Source of the DNA: Octopus bimaculoides
Lineage: Eukaryota
DNA: 42,330 nucleotides
NCBI RefSeq assembly: GCF_001194135.2
Contig: NC_069005.1
Span: 20,313,406-20,355,735, forward strand
Direction: 5' to 3'
In this document: positions 23,840 through 36,353 of the stretch, piece by piece
How positions within the stretch are numbered: the stretch's first letter is position 1
Layout: each line of letters starts with the position of its first letter
Position numbers and translations under genes: made by a program
Notes under the pieces: generated by a model
Told to the model about the DNA's origin: nothing
Database searches by the model: none
The model's input: the letters and a program-made list of their open reading frames with translations, nothing else

Positions 23840-24960
23840 TATTGTTCTTGGGAGAAGAATCTTTGGTGATTGTTTTGTGCAGGGACTAGTCAGGCTGGAA
23901 ACAAGATGGGTGAGTTGACAGAGCAACTCTGAGTGGGGAATGGAGGTCAGTGGTGACAGAAAAGACAGAAAGCAGAGACAGCACATCTATGGCTTAGTGG
24001 TTGGGACACGTTTGTAAGTGACTTTATGCCAATCAGTTGAGTAACCTTTTTCTGGGCACAGTCAAGAGTGTCTGTGTGTGCAGCTACACCACCTCAGATG
24101 TCAGAGAATTACTCCATTGTGGGTCGCATTTGACCTTTGAAAAGGGTTGGTAATTGTTGAGAGCTGAAGTATTTTCTGATCCTGAAGAGAAAGGCCTGTC
24201 CTTGAGATGTGGTCCTATGTTACGGATGTTTTCCTTTATGAGAGATCCTCGGTGATAGTCAAGCCTAGTATCTGGAGCAATCATGAGGGCTTTAGTTGTG
24301 GGCTGTTCACCACTGGGGATGCTTTCAAGGACTTTGTTCATGGACTCAGCACTGCTTTGGCATGTGTTTTCTACGTAGCTTGTGAGTGACACTTGGTTGG
24401 AGGAGGTTAGTGAAGAACAAGTGCTATTGTCTGTGTAAGAGAGAGAATTGATGGACACGATAGCAAGCAGATCATTGAAGGATTAGAAAGAGAATAAGGG
24501 ACATAATTGAACCTTAGGGAACACCAGAGAGTGTAGGATAGAGAAGGATCTTCTTTAGCATATCTGCAGTCAGTAGCAAAAAGCTATTGGTCTAACAGAT
24601 GAGATAGACGGAGCCCATACTTGGGCAGTCGAGCAGATAGATTTGCATGCTAGACATGGCTGAAAGACTGACAAGTTACTGAGAACCTAAAAGGTCTGAA
24701 GAAAGGGCCCTCAAGAATGCCAGACAGCTGATCTAACTGGTTGCAGTAGAGCAAACTCTATTGAATGGCCAGGTGGTGGTATAAAACCAGGCAACAGGAT
24801 ATGTCTGTGATTTCCAAAAAAGAGGTGCTAGGCACCTTCATGGTCAGGTAGTTTGTAGGAACTAGGGGCAAGGGGCAGGGGAAACATTGTTAATAAGTGG
24901 AGAACCCAAAACATAGCAATTTCATCACTCAGTTCCTCTGAGGAGGGCAAGCTTTTTCAA
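23840..24960 (-). mobile_element. Old CR1/L2-like LINE remnant
   Basis: Decayed motifs resembling IPVPK..S..NYRPIS (ENTSALNNYQPFS); heavily mutated. Confidence 0.45.
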
Positions 24961-25032
24961 AAGCCTCACATCACCAAAGATCCCGATCCTTTGTCATCTC
25001 ATCCATCAGGCAGAGAGTCCTGAGTTCAGCCT

Positions 25033-25390
25033 TCACCACTCCATCCCATACTTTCCCGAGTCTCCCTCTTCTGCAAGCTTTAAGTGAAAATGGCATTTCT
25101 TTATATAGCTGTCTTCATCCTTATACATCATATGTCCATGCCAGTGCCAGCTACTTTCTTGAACACATCTGATTCCTTTTATACCCAGTTTTTCACTCAG
25201 CACCTTTGTACCTATTCTTTCGCAAGCATTCACATTGCACATCCAGTGAAGCATGCTTGTGGCATTTCTTTCTAGTCTTATCGAGTCCTCTGCATTCAAG
25301 GCCCATGTCTCACTACCATACAGAATTGCACTTCTAATACAAGCATCATACAATCTGAACTTTTCTCAATCAGGTCTTTAATCTAATGAC
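25033..25390 (-). mobile_element. RTE-clade LINE C-terminal fragment
   Basis: YDACIRSAILYGSETWAL..LERNATSMLHWMCNV..LSEKLGI..WHGHMM is a typical RTE post-RT region. Confidence 0.85.
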
Positions 25391-25888
25391 TATACTCTTA
25401 GAGAAACTACCTCCCTTACTAATTGCATCTTCTAATTATCAACTTCTTCTAATGAGCCATCTAGGCATTTAAGACAGCTGTTTTCAGGTGTGTTTGTATG
25501 TTCTACTCCAGTGCATTTATCGAATATGAAGCTTACATTCTTGGATGGTCTGCCAATGATTCCACTACATCTCTTGTGTGTCCATAGCTTACATTGACTT
25601 TAGTGTATGGAATTTATACATACTTCTTTTCTACATTTTGAGCAAGGCCATTTCCCTGAAAGTACCAGAGTCCTGTCTACTTTCCTATTTACTAAAACCT
25701 TTGTCTATGCAGCTACTTTAAAAGTCTTTTATTCTAGGTATAGCTTCCATGGCTGGGATATTTCTTCTGTAATTCCCCTATAGAATTCAATTATAAGGAC
25801 TAGATCGTCAGTCTTAAACTCCAGTTCATGGACAGCCAGTCTTAAACTCTACTTCAAGTCTTTTAAATAATTCTTATTTAACACATAT

Positions 25889-26270
25889 GGAGGCGCAATG
25901 GCCCAGTGGTTAGGGCAGCAGACTTGCGGTCATAGGATTGCGGTTTCGATTCTCAGACCGGGCGTTGTGAGTGTTTATTGGGTGAAAACACCTAAAGCTC
26001 CACAAGGCTCTGGCAGGGGACGGTGGCGAACCCCGCTGTACTCTTTCACCACAACTTTCTCTCACTCTTACTTCCTGTTTCTGTTGTGCCTGTAATTCAA
26101 AGGGTCAGCCTTGTCACACTCTGTGTCATGCTGAATATCCCCGAGAACTACGTTAAGGGTACATGTGTCTGTGGAGTGCTCAGCCACTTGCACATTAAAT
26201 TCATGAGCAGGCTGTTCCATTGATCAGATCAACTGGAACCCTCATCGTCGTAACCGACGGAGTGCCAACA
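25889..26270 (+). mobile_element. Full-length tRNA-derived SINE, third family
   Basis: Head GGAGGCGCAATGGCCCAGTGGTTAGGGCAGC..GGTTTCGATTC (A and B boxes); 3' end GTAACCGACGGAGTGCCAACA. Confidence 0.82.
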
Positions 26271-26286
26271 TTTAACACATGCATCT

Positions 26287-28053
26287 TTANNNNNNNNNNN
26301 NNNNNNNNNNNNNNNNNNNNNNNNNNNNNNNNNNNNNNNNNNNNNNNNNNNNNNNNNNNNNNNNNNNNNNNNNNNNNNNNNNNNNNNNNNNNNNNNNNNN
26401 NNNNNNNNNNNNNNNNNNNNNNNNNNNNNNNNNNNNNNNNNNNNNNNNNNNNNNNNNNNNNNNNNNNNNNNNNNNNNNNNNNNNNNNNNNNNNNNNNNNN
26501 NNNNNNNNNNNNNNNNNNNNNNNNNNNNNNNNNNNNNNNNNNNNNNNNNNNNNNNNNNNNNNNNNNNNNNNNNNNNNNNNNNNNNNNNNNNNNNNNNNNN
26601 NNNNNNNNNNNNNNNNNNNNNNNNNNNNNNNNNNNNNNNNNNNNNNNNNNNNNNNNNNNNNNNNNNNNNNNNNNNNNNNNNNNNNCAATATGACGTCACT
26701 ACAATGGCTCCCCCTTGAGTGTGGAACACGAAATTAAAAAAATTTTGGAGGGACGTCTGAGGCAAGATGGCCATCGAAACCACGCAGAAAATGCGGCACA
26801 AATATATATCAAACACTTGGTTTTATTTTCACTGGGTGTGGTGGTTGTGATGAGTCTGGTACCACCATCGCACCAGGCAACGTCAACATGGTGCCGTAAA
26901 GAAGTTCTGCCGAGGAGTAACCCAGGTCAGCTTTTATCGCAGTCCGGCATCCAAGGAGGACAACCGAAAGAATTTCAACCCAAAACTGCGGGTTGGGCGA
27001 GGCACGCAAAGTGGCCTTAAGTTGTCTATGAAACTGCTCAACCATCTCATTAGAAGCGGGATGGTAGCTGGTGGTGCATATACGATGCACCCCCAGGATT
27101 CGTGATAGGTCACGAAACAACTCGGCCTCAAATTGCCGGCCACGATCTGTGGTCAAACTGACCGGTACTCCGAACCTAGAAACCCACCCAGAAACGAAAG
27201 CCTGGGCAACAGTCTCAGAAGTAATATCTGCTATAGGAATAGCTTCTGGCCAACGTGAGAAACGGTCAACACAAGTTAACAGGTATGAGANNNNNNNNNN
27301 NNNNNNNNNNNNNNNNNNNNNNNNNNNNNNNNNNNNNNNNNNNNNNNNNNNNNNNNNNNNNNNNNNNNNNNNNNNNNNNNNNNNNNNNNNNNNNNNNNNN
27401 NNNNNNNNNNNNNNNNNNNNNNNNNNNNNNNNNNNNNNNNNNNNNNNNNNNNNNNNNNNNNNNNNNNNNNNNNNNNNNNNNNNNNNNNNGCAGAAAAAAA
27501 ATATTTTTTCATAGCTTTCTATTTGTGTGATGATAATGTTGAGAGACGCTCGAGTTAGTCGTAGTTATGATGATGGTGTCGGCGGCCGGAAACTCGTGTT
27601 GCTCATACCAATGATGATGCTGATTAGTCCAGATCGTCGTGGCTGCAGTCGTTCTTTAGTCGGGGTCACCACTTTAGGAAAGTGGGTTATACATCATTAG
27701 ATGTACACCTAACTTTCCTATATTAAATTAGAAGTGAACGGAACGCAGAAACTCCAAACTGATCAACAACAAATATTTATTTTATGGTGGAAAATAAACA
27801 GCTTCCAATTGTCCGGTTTCTGAGTAGCCTGAATGTAGATGTACTGTCCCTAGAGATGAATCGTTAGAGAGACAACTTGGTTCATCCACACTCAATGAGA
27901 GAGCTTGTTTAGATGTCTTGCTTGGTCGCTGTCTGGCATGGTAAAGAGAGCAAATAGAAGCGGGAACGCTTGGATGTTGAAATCCACGCATGCGTGGTTA
28001 AGGATTCAGCAATGGCGACTATGCCTTTTTGGCGCCAATATGACGTCACTACA
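26287..28053 (-). mobile_element. Short Gypsy LTR element (two LTRs, PBS, integrase core, PPT)
   Basis: 5' LTR 27674-28053 starts TGTAGTGACGTCATATTG, and the same 18-mer starts the 3' LTR at 26703 running into the gap. PBS TGGTGACCCCGAC (27659-27671) is complementary to the tRNA-Trp 3' end. PPT AAGGGGGAGCCAT (26704-26716). TSD CATCT at 26282-26286 and 28054-28058. Confidence 0.88.
26809..27289 (-). pseudogene. Gypsy integrase catalytic core (open frame, truncated both ends)
   Basis: [61 protein letters not shown], carrying the D,D,E residues. Confidence 0.9.
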
Positions 28054-28293
28054 CATCTTTTCTCAGGATAAGTGATGATTCCAGATCAATAACTAGAAGT
28101 TTCATAACTTTATTGTTAACTGAACATTTAAGTTTAACCTGACCTTTTGGTTGGCAGGTGTGTTGACTGTTGCTTTTCAGTATGACATTACTTAACTGTA
28201 ATGGACCAGTGTGAAATGTGCATAGTGTGTTGTTTGGAATATTTGTTTGTGCTGCAGTATCATGCTTGAAATCAATACTATGCCATCTGGAAA

Positions 28294-29185
28294 TATGAGA
28301 CGTATTCTAGAAGTTTTGAGAGTTTATTTTTAAGACAGTGAGTTATAAAATGTCCAAGATTATTGTAATTTTAGTATATCATCACTATACATCCAGTAAT
28401 TTGACCTACCGACTTTATTTATTCTAGATTGAAGGAGACGACTGTAACAGCGCTTTTATCATACCCTGCAAAAAACACTGCCTGCCACTGCTGACTAGTT
28501 TGCAGAAAGCAGTTGGGACGTTTGGAAGCTTGCAATGTAATAAAGTTTTGTGTTAAGCTGGGCACAGGAATTTATGAAATGTTCCAGACTGCTTATAGAT
28601 TAACAATTTTGCTGGCATAAGCAGTCCAAGGATGGTTGAGAAGTGTGGGAGGGAGAGGGGTGTCAGAACATCAGTACTGGTTGAGAAAATTCACAATTTT
28701 CTGGTTGAAGACCATCATATGTCTATAAAGACAATAAGCATACAGTTTGGAGTTGGTGTGACAACTGTACATGGAATTGTCCAAGAAGATTTGAACAGGT
28801 GTAAGATTTGTGTAAAGTTTGTTCCCAGAGTGCTCAGTGATGAGAATCCTGGTAACCAACTACTTGACAGAGAGGGATTCAAAACTGTCCCCTACCCTCC
28901 TTACAGTCTAGACCTTGCTCCCTTTGATTTTTGGCTGTTCCCCAAGCTGTAGGAGAACCTCAAGAACTGTTGTTTTGAAGATGAAAGAAGCTGTAACAAG
29001 AATCCTGGACACCTTCACTTTGAAGGACTTTGACTTCCATGGCACCTTCATGAAGTAGCCGGAATACTACAAATGCATTGAAGTCAGAGGATCCTACTTC
29101 AAAGGAGATTAGAGTTTAGTACTTCTTTAAAATTAATAAATGTCCCTCCTGGAAAGATCTGGAAACTTCTGGAATGCACCTTGTA
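28294..29185 (+). mobile_element. Internally deleted mariner element
   Basis: FVPRVL (WVPHEL-like) is fused to PYPPYSLDLAPFDFWLFPKL with the catalytic middle missing. 3' TIR CTGGAAACTTCTGGAATGCACCTTG-TA; decayed 5' TIR TA-TGAGACGTATTCTAGAAGTTTT. Confidence 0.85.
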
Positions 29186-29399
29186 AATATTAATGCAACA
29201 AAGCATTATCTCATGGGCTTATTTCTGACACACCCTGAGATTGGCACAGATTGGCAAAATGATTTTGCTTATGGCATCTTGTACCTGTTTTTCTGTAGGC
29301 AGCCCAGGCCATTGCTTAGGTGGATGAATGTTTACCATATGAATTGATAGTCATTTCTAGGCATTTAAAATTTTTTTTATCTTTGTATGTCATGCCTTT

Positions 29400-30630
29400 A
29401 AATGTTCTTATATAATTTCTTTTCTTATCTGTTGATGCTTGTTTTGCGTCACTGCTGAGACTGAAAAATCTTTAGTCATGTTTTTTATCTCTACAGAACA
29501 CTTACTTCAATAGCTCTACATCCTAAAGCAGTATCTCTTGAGAATCTTTGTTTTGTATTCCATGATTGATCCTATCTAATCAAATCATCCTGTATATTCA
29601 CAGTCTTTAGCATTCAGCTCAATGTCAGTTACAAACAAGTGGAATTTCTCTGATGGTAACTGATTTCTACTAAAACAAAAAAAACAAAAAAATAGTGGAC
29701 ATATGATGTTTTTTCTAGAGTATCAGTACTTTCAGAATTTTGTTTTAACAGTGATAATTTTGTCAGAATTTTCAAAAGAGTTAAGACCTGCAATGGGGAG
29801 ATAAGTTGTAACCTGCATTTTTTTGTCTTTTTCTGTAACTACTGTGGCAAGCAAACAAGAGTCATAGTGTTATTCCCAGTCGCAGTTTCCATCCAAATTT
29901 CCTTCAAAGCTTAGATTTTTTGATGGCTTCAAACTCTGACTTTTATCATCTGGAGGCACTTCACTTTACCATGGCTTGCATTTGCACTTTCTGTATGTTT
30001 AGCATGGTGGAAAAGATGCATGTGACTAAGGCTATGGTAATATCATAATCTTCTGGGTTAATAAGAGTCATGATAAAGAACATCAAAAAATACAAAGACA
30101 AGTTAAAGTCAATTGCCACATTTATTTCGCTGCTAAAAGAAAATACAGCAACTGGTATACATGGATAATTCTGTTAATTAAAATACATAGGTTCACCATA
30201 CTTCTTGCTCATGTTAAGGTGTGTGGGAAAAACACAGAGCATGATGACAAGAAATTCTCCTGACAATTCTTTCCTCACTGAAGCTGCAAAATGGATAAAA
30301 AATGTTCTCATGCTGACAATCCAAACACACTCATGACGACCCACCACACTGAGGAATTAGCGAGAAAAGATTCTCTTGTATAACTGATGTTGGCGTGTTT
30401 GGCTAATCTATTATGTTAAGGGGTGGACAGCCCGTGTAAAACTAGGTGGACTCAATCACCACGTGATGAGCCAAAACGTGGGTACCTAAAGGTAAAGAGT
30501 GAATATGCTTACAACACATGTGTAAATGAAGTTCAGCAAACAAATTAAACTAAAGGAGAGAATAAATACTCATCTTTGTGTTTGTATCTTCTTTCTTTTG
30601 TTGCCGGAGGTTCTGACACCACGTTATGCC
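29400..30630 (-). mobile_element. Ancient Gypsy 5' remnant (gag, tRNA-Leu-type PBS)
   Basis: LKPSKNLSFEGNL..EKDKKMQVTTYL..RKNI..RNQLPSEKFHLFVTDIELNAKDCEY..IRDRINHGI is gag-like. TGGTGTCAGAA lies at 30611-30621. Confidence 0.65.
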
Positions 30631-31129
30631 AATCTATAATGATAAAGTTAACTAAATAAAATAAGAGACAAAATACATGCTTCTCAATCAGAAAGCCATT
30701 GCTTGTATAACAGTCCCACACTGAATATTTTCTTAAATGTAGTTAGTTAATAACAACACTAATTAACACTAATCTTACAGTTGAAGGGAAGTAGCTCAAT
30801 ACATTACCAAATCTGAGTGAAGCATTGTTTTTAGTGCTGAGAGTAGGAATGATGAGAGGTGGAGGAATTAAAGAAAATTAAGGCCAGCAAGAATTACAGA
30901 GGAATATCAGAAGACTAAATTCATAAGTAAGAAGATTAAACATTTGAATGTGTGGGTGGGGTAGTGGGGTAGTGGGGTAGTGGGGTTAAAACTAGTCACA
31001 GACGGCTTTATGCAACCTTAACTGCAATCTAGTCATTAATACAGTCTAACAGAAGTTGTCAATGTAGTTGGTAGACTTTGGATACAAGTTTTGTCTACAC
31101 ATGTCTGTGAAAAATTTAGAAAGGAAGAT

Positions 31130-32660
31130 GACATCATAAAATTATAAGAAACGAAAATAGGAAGTTGTAAACAGAAATTTTAAACCAAAGCAGGAGGAAA
31201 ATTTTGCATTCGTTGATAAGGAAGTAAACCTTTGTGCTTTATCTGCCATATGTCACACAGTCATTATGAAGCCATCAATTTGAAATGCTAATATAAAACA
31301 AATTGCAGAAAATTTTTGAATGATTATCCACCTTAATCAGAAATAAGGAAAAAACAAGTTAACTGTTAAAATTATCACTATATAGCCAACAAACACTTTT
31401 GATAATGTTCTGCAAGAAAGCCAAAATAATGACTGTAGCCAGTTTTGTTATACAGGGTGTCCACAAGGTCTGGGTACATGGAGTAAATAAAATCATAACA
31501 TAAACAATTAAATATAAAAAATAATTTCTTAAAGTATGTGTTAAGCCCCATGTACCCAGACTTTGTGGACACCCTGTAGAATGGATTATTGCTCATGCTA
31601 AACCTCCATATTCTGATGGTGAATTTAATATAGCTGATGTTGTTGCCATATTAAATTCAAATAACACAAAATTAAAGTCACTAATAGCACAAACCCCAGT
31701 TTCACACTCCAGTATTCAAACCAGTGTTGATGATGCAAGCAAAATGCAAAATGACTAAAAAAAATTCTCTTGCATTCAGTTTAATGACTAACAAATTGAC
31801 TGACATACAAGACAGCTGGCAGTATTTGTTTGTTATATTTCTTCTGAGGTAATTGTGAAAGAAGAGTTGCTGCATTTGGTGCAATTAAAAGAAACAATTT
31901 GTGGTGCTGACATAAAAAAAATGTATTTGACAAAGTCTTAACTCTCATGACCCACTGAATAAACCTATCAGTGTTGCAACAGGTGATGAATATATGCAAG
32001 ATCTAATGTTTTCACTGATATAATGAATCATTTACAAACTCTTAACTTGGCACTCCAGGGAAAGGCTAAGATTATTTTTAATCTTACTCAGTTTTCAGCT
32101 TTCAAAGTAAAATTAAAACTTTTATAAGAGACATTGTTGAAAAATTTCAGGCACTTTACCAATCTCAGAAAGAGAGTGAATATATTTCCTGATACTAAAA
32201 TAAAAGACCACAAACTGGAAGAATACCAGCATAAATTACAAGGATTACTTGATAATTTCCCGACCAGGTTTGATGACTTGCAGAAGGTGAAGCAGGATTT
32301 TCTTGATGTGATCAATGATGGTTGTCTAATTCTCAAACCTCTAGTTATGGAATCATGAGGCAATGGAATTACAGAACTTAGGTCTAAAGAAGATCCATAA
32401 ATCCTTGTCTACAAAAGAGTTCTGGAAACAAGTTCCAGAAATAAAATGTCCTAAACTGAAGAAAACAACTGTGCAACTACTCTGTCATGAATTTTATGAA
32501 ATGGAAGCATTGTGCAGAACTTACAAGCCATCAACTTATTGAGCTAATTCAATTTAGCCTTGATGGAAACCTGCAAGACCTCTGCTAGCAATAAATAGCA
32601 GCTTTAATAGCCTGATATGTGTTGCATTGTCATAAAAATATTACGAGTCTCACTTTATAA
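31130..32660 (+). mobile_element. hAT transposase remnant (GTF2IRD2/EPM2AIP1-like)
   Basis: KKRK*EVVNRNFKPKQEENFAF, FTDIMNHLQTLNLALQGK..FSAFKVKLKL, FWKQVPEIKCPKLKK; many lesions. Confidence 0.78.
31453..31576. mobile_element. 124-bp Tc1/mariner MITE nested in the hAT remnant
   Basis: 29-bp TIRs CAGGGTGTCCACAAGGTCTGGGTACATGG (28/29 match); TA TSDs. Confidence 0.92.
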
Positions 32661-33404
32661 GACAGGATCTGATTTAAATAACTGTAATTTTATTGGTTTG
32701 CCTTTTTACATATTTTTGATGTTCTGACCAGATATTTACTAAGATAGATATTTTAATTATTTTCACCTTTTCTCTTTTATTCTTGGTTGTCTAATTTTAT
32801 GTTAGTGAATGCAAATTTGTACATTTTTCCTAAATGTTTTTGTAGTTCATTATTGTATTAAATATGCTAAAACTTTTGGTGTACAAACTTAAACTAATAC
32901 AACTGCATTCATGAATAAATATTATTGCATACATATAAAATGTATATGTAGCAATTAAAACATTCTTTTGTGTTACTAATTACACTCATCAGACTACGGC
33001 CAGCCTGGGGCACGATCATGGAAGTATTTAATCAATCATATCAACCCTAGTACTTTTATTTTTAAGTTTGGCATACTTCTATTATTGATCTAAGTTGTGT
33101 GGGACAGAAACACTGACACAAATACAAACGTAAAACATGGTGTGGATATTGTTCATGTCTTGCGACTCTCGAACATCTGCACTTTATTGTTTTGTTAATC
33201 AAGTTTGACCAGCTTTTGATTAAACGCTTCAAGGCTATGCCCCAGCATGGTCACAAGTTCAATGACTGAAACAAGTAAAAGGTAAAATGGTTACACTGTG
33301 TTGTGTAAGGTGTGTTTGTTATTTAGGTCACATTAACTGTTTCCTATAATTGACAATGTTGCGTTTGTGTTAAGTCAGAGAGGGGAATCTCTATGGCCTG
33401 GTTC

Positions 33405-33643
33405 TCTGTTATCCTTTACTTGTTTCAGGCATGAGACTGGGGCCATACTGGAGTACCACATTGAATAATTTCTAGTCAACTGAATCGACCCCAGTACTTT
33501 TTTCTTTTTAAGCCTGGTACTTATTTTCTCAGTTTCTTTTGTCAAACTGCAAAGTTGTAGAGATGTAAACACACCAACAGCAGTTGTCAAGCAGTGGCGG
33601 GAGATAAATGCAGACACACACACACACACACACACACACACTC

Positions 33644-33674
<31 letters not shown>

Positions 33675-33760
33675 TACACACACGATGAACTGCTTTCAGC
33701 TTCTGTCTACCAAATCCACTTATAAAGCTTTGGTTGGCCTGAGGCTATAGAAGAAGACAC
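33405..33760 (-). mobile_element. SINE (dominant family, antisense)
   Basis: Reverse complement of the 19745-20145 family. Confidence 0.85.
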
Positions 33761-33777
33761 AGCTTGCTGCTTTTAAT

Positions 33778-34005
33778 CATAATAATAATAATGGTTTCAA
33801 TTTTTGGCACAAGGCCATCAATTTCTGGGAAGGGGGTAAGTCATTTACATTGACCCCAGTGCTCAACTGGTACTTATTTATTGACCCAAAAGCTTGTAAA
33901 GCAAAATTGACAGTGGAGGAATTTGAACTCAAAATATAAAGACAGACGACATGTCATTAACCATTTTGCCTGGCATGCTAATGATTCTGCCAGCTCACTG
34001 CCTTA
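33778..34005 (-). mobile_element. tRNA-derived SINE (same family as 6211-6430); a further fragment at ~34060-34195
   Basis: Colinear with 6211-6430; head reverse complement GGCAGTGAGCTGGCAGAATCATTAGCATGCC. Confidence 0.8.
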
Positions 34006-34303
34006 ACAACAGTGGTGGCAGTGGCAGCAGTGACGATGACGACGATGATGATCCTCCTCCTTCTCCTTTCTAATATAGGCATAAGGGCAATATTGACCCT
34101 AGAACTTTACTGGTACTTTATTGTATCAACCTTGGAAAGATGTAAGGCAAACTTGATTGTGGTAGAATTTGAACTCAGAATGTAAAAAACTCTAATTATT
34201 TATTGCAAATCATTTGGCACAAATGGGTTTGCATTGGGCCAACAACCCCTACCTAGTAAAACAATGTTTCAGAAGCATCAATGACAATTCAAAACCATGA
34301 TGT

Positions 34304-34598
34304 AGGAAAGGTAATACTTATCCCCACTTAAACATGGATGTTCTGTTAAAAAAGATTATACTAGGGTAGATATCATGAGAAAAACTCTCTTATTGGCTTT
34401 TGATGCAAAATGCACTCCTGTTTATTTCACTAGTGGGGAGATAAATCCTTGGTATTTCCAGTGCTGAAACCATCAGATCACATGATTTCGACCTTCCTTG
34501 GTCTTGTTAATGATGGATGCTTGACTGTTAGAGATAACAATGACTCATCTCCCTGCCAGCAATGTATAGAAAAACAGTACCAAAGCAGGCACTGGTGG
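34304..34598 (-). mobile_element. Inverted copy of an HHR-bearing repeat (retrozyme/PLE-type); ribozyme core decayed
   Basis: Reverse complement of ~36380-36665. At 34470-34516 the minus strand reads CCATCA-TTAACAA-GACC AAGGAA GGTC-GAAA-TCATGTGA-TC-TGATGG. Confidence 0.8.
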
Positions 34599-34791
34599 TC
34601 TCAGTGCTAGAGATGGCAGGGATTATCTCCCCACTAGTGATATAAACAAGGGTGCAGTTTACACCAGAAGCCAATATAAGAGTTTCTCTCAGATTATCTA
34701 CTGTAGTATAGTTTGTTCTAACAGAACATCCACATTTAAATGGGGATAGATGTTACCTCTTGGTATTAATACTGCCTCTGTCACTAATATA
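34593..34791 (+). mobile_element. First direct copy of the HHR-bearing repeat, starting at the predicted cleavage site
   Basis: Colinear with 36502-36700. Confidence 0.8.
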
Positions 34792-36351
34792 CACTGAACA
34801 GCAAAAGAAACGTGAGACGTGTGTGACTGTGAAATGTTTTAATTTCATTATGTCAGAGATAAATTTTGACAAATCTGATCAAGTCAATTTCTCGAATGCA
34901 CTTTGACCACAGTCTATCAGTCATTGTCATGTGTTCTGGTAGTGGGTGGATCTGGCACATTGAGATTGTAGGGCGTGACGTGTTCAATACCGTGCAACCC
35001 TCCCTTGGTGTTCAAAACAGCCATACATCGTCAATACATAGAGTGCATGAGGTGGTTCACAAAAGCCATTGGCACCTGTGCCTACACCCTGAGTAAAGCT
35101 GCCTCCAGTTCCATATGAGTTGTCGGCCTTGGGACCACCTGGTTCAGCCATCTCTGGATTTCATCTCACAGGTGTTCAACTGGGTTCAAATCTGGGCTGC
35201 GAGCTGGCCATGGCATGGTTCTGATGTTGTGGTGACACAGGAAGTCCATGGTGACCCTGGCCGTGTAGGAGGGAGCATTGTCCTGGTAGAACACATGACT
35301 ATGGTGATGCATGAAGAAGAGTATGATGTGAGGTCTTAGGATCTGGTCAATGTAGCACTGCACTGTGATGCCAATCCCTCTGCCTGCACCAACATTTTAG
35401 AACACATGGGGCCTAATTCTCTGATTCAAGCCTATAGCACCCTAAACCATGATGCTTTGGCCACCCCACGCATCTCTCTCCATGACACATGCATCTCTGT
35501 AGCATTCGCCCCCTCCTACTCCACACCCTCACTCTGCCATCCAAAGTGGAAACGTAGTACTGGCTCTCATCAGAGAAGACTATCGACTTCCCATTGTTGA
35601 TGCTGCCAATGTCAGTGCTGTGTAGCCCATTGTTGATGCTGCCAATGTCAGTGCTGTGTAGCCCACTGTAGTTGTGCCTGACAGTGGTAGGTGGTGAGGA
35701 CAGGCCCTCAAGCAGGATGATGGCAATGCAGGTTGTTGGTGGCCAGTCGATGTTGTACCATGTCGTCATTGATGGTTCACTGTCCAGTGCCAATGGTCTC
35801 GTGAGCTGTCACCACTGGCTGGTCTGAAGCAATCACGGAGGTATTGCAGGTTGATGAAGCAGTCCTGCCTGGTGTGGTCACCCAGGGGCACCCTCTGTAG
35901 GCATGGTCTGCAGTGCTGTTGATGTTGTTGTATTGCTGTTGCTGATATGGACATTGTAAGCTTTCGCAACAGCCAGGGCATGCTGCCCTGTTTGCAATCA
36001 GCTGATAGCTTGTTCTCTCTGTGCTGCTGACAATCAGGTCATACCTGATGCCTCCAAATTACGAATGCCAGGAACGCGGTTCAAGTTGATTTTTATACCA
36101 GTAACCTCCATGAGATGCACGTGCATTTCTGTTTTCATGACAATTGTTTGCAACTGTCACCCACAGCATTCAACACAACTACATTTTGGCATTTCATCTC
36201 AGGTAAAGTTGAAAGGTTACCTGCAATTTGGGTCTCAGCCATAAACCAGCATGACTTGGAATATTTACACTTACATCCCTGAAATAAATTTTCAGAATTT
36301 ACCATATAAAAATGACATTTGAAAAAATCACATTTTTTTTGCAGTTCGGTG
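34792..36351 (-). mobile_element. Near full-length Tc1 element (pseudogenised DD34E-type transposase)
   Basis: TA-CACTGAACAGCAAAA ... TTTTGCAGTTCGGTG-TA ends; IVFSDES, QDNAPSY and WPARSPDLNPVEHL motifs. Confidence 0.92.
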
Positions 36352-36353
36352 TA

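Noticed and set aside
25889-25965. tRNA gene (also at 14847 and 19745)
   Set aside because: A and B boxes continue into SINE bodies without a cloverleaf acceptor stem or terminator.
29820-30120. Academ-type transposase motif (YYHSL..)
   Set aside because: The neighbouring frame gives a coherent Gypsy gag, and no other Academ motifs were found.
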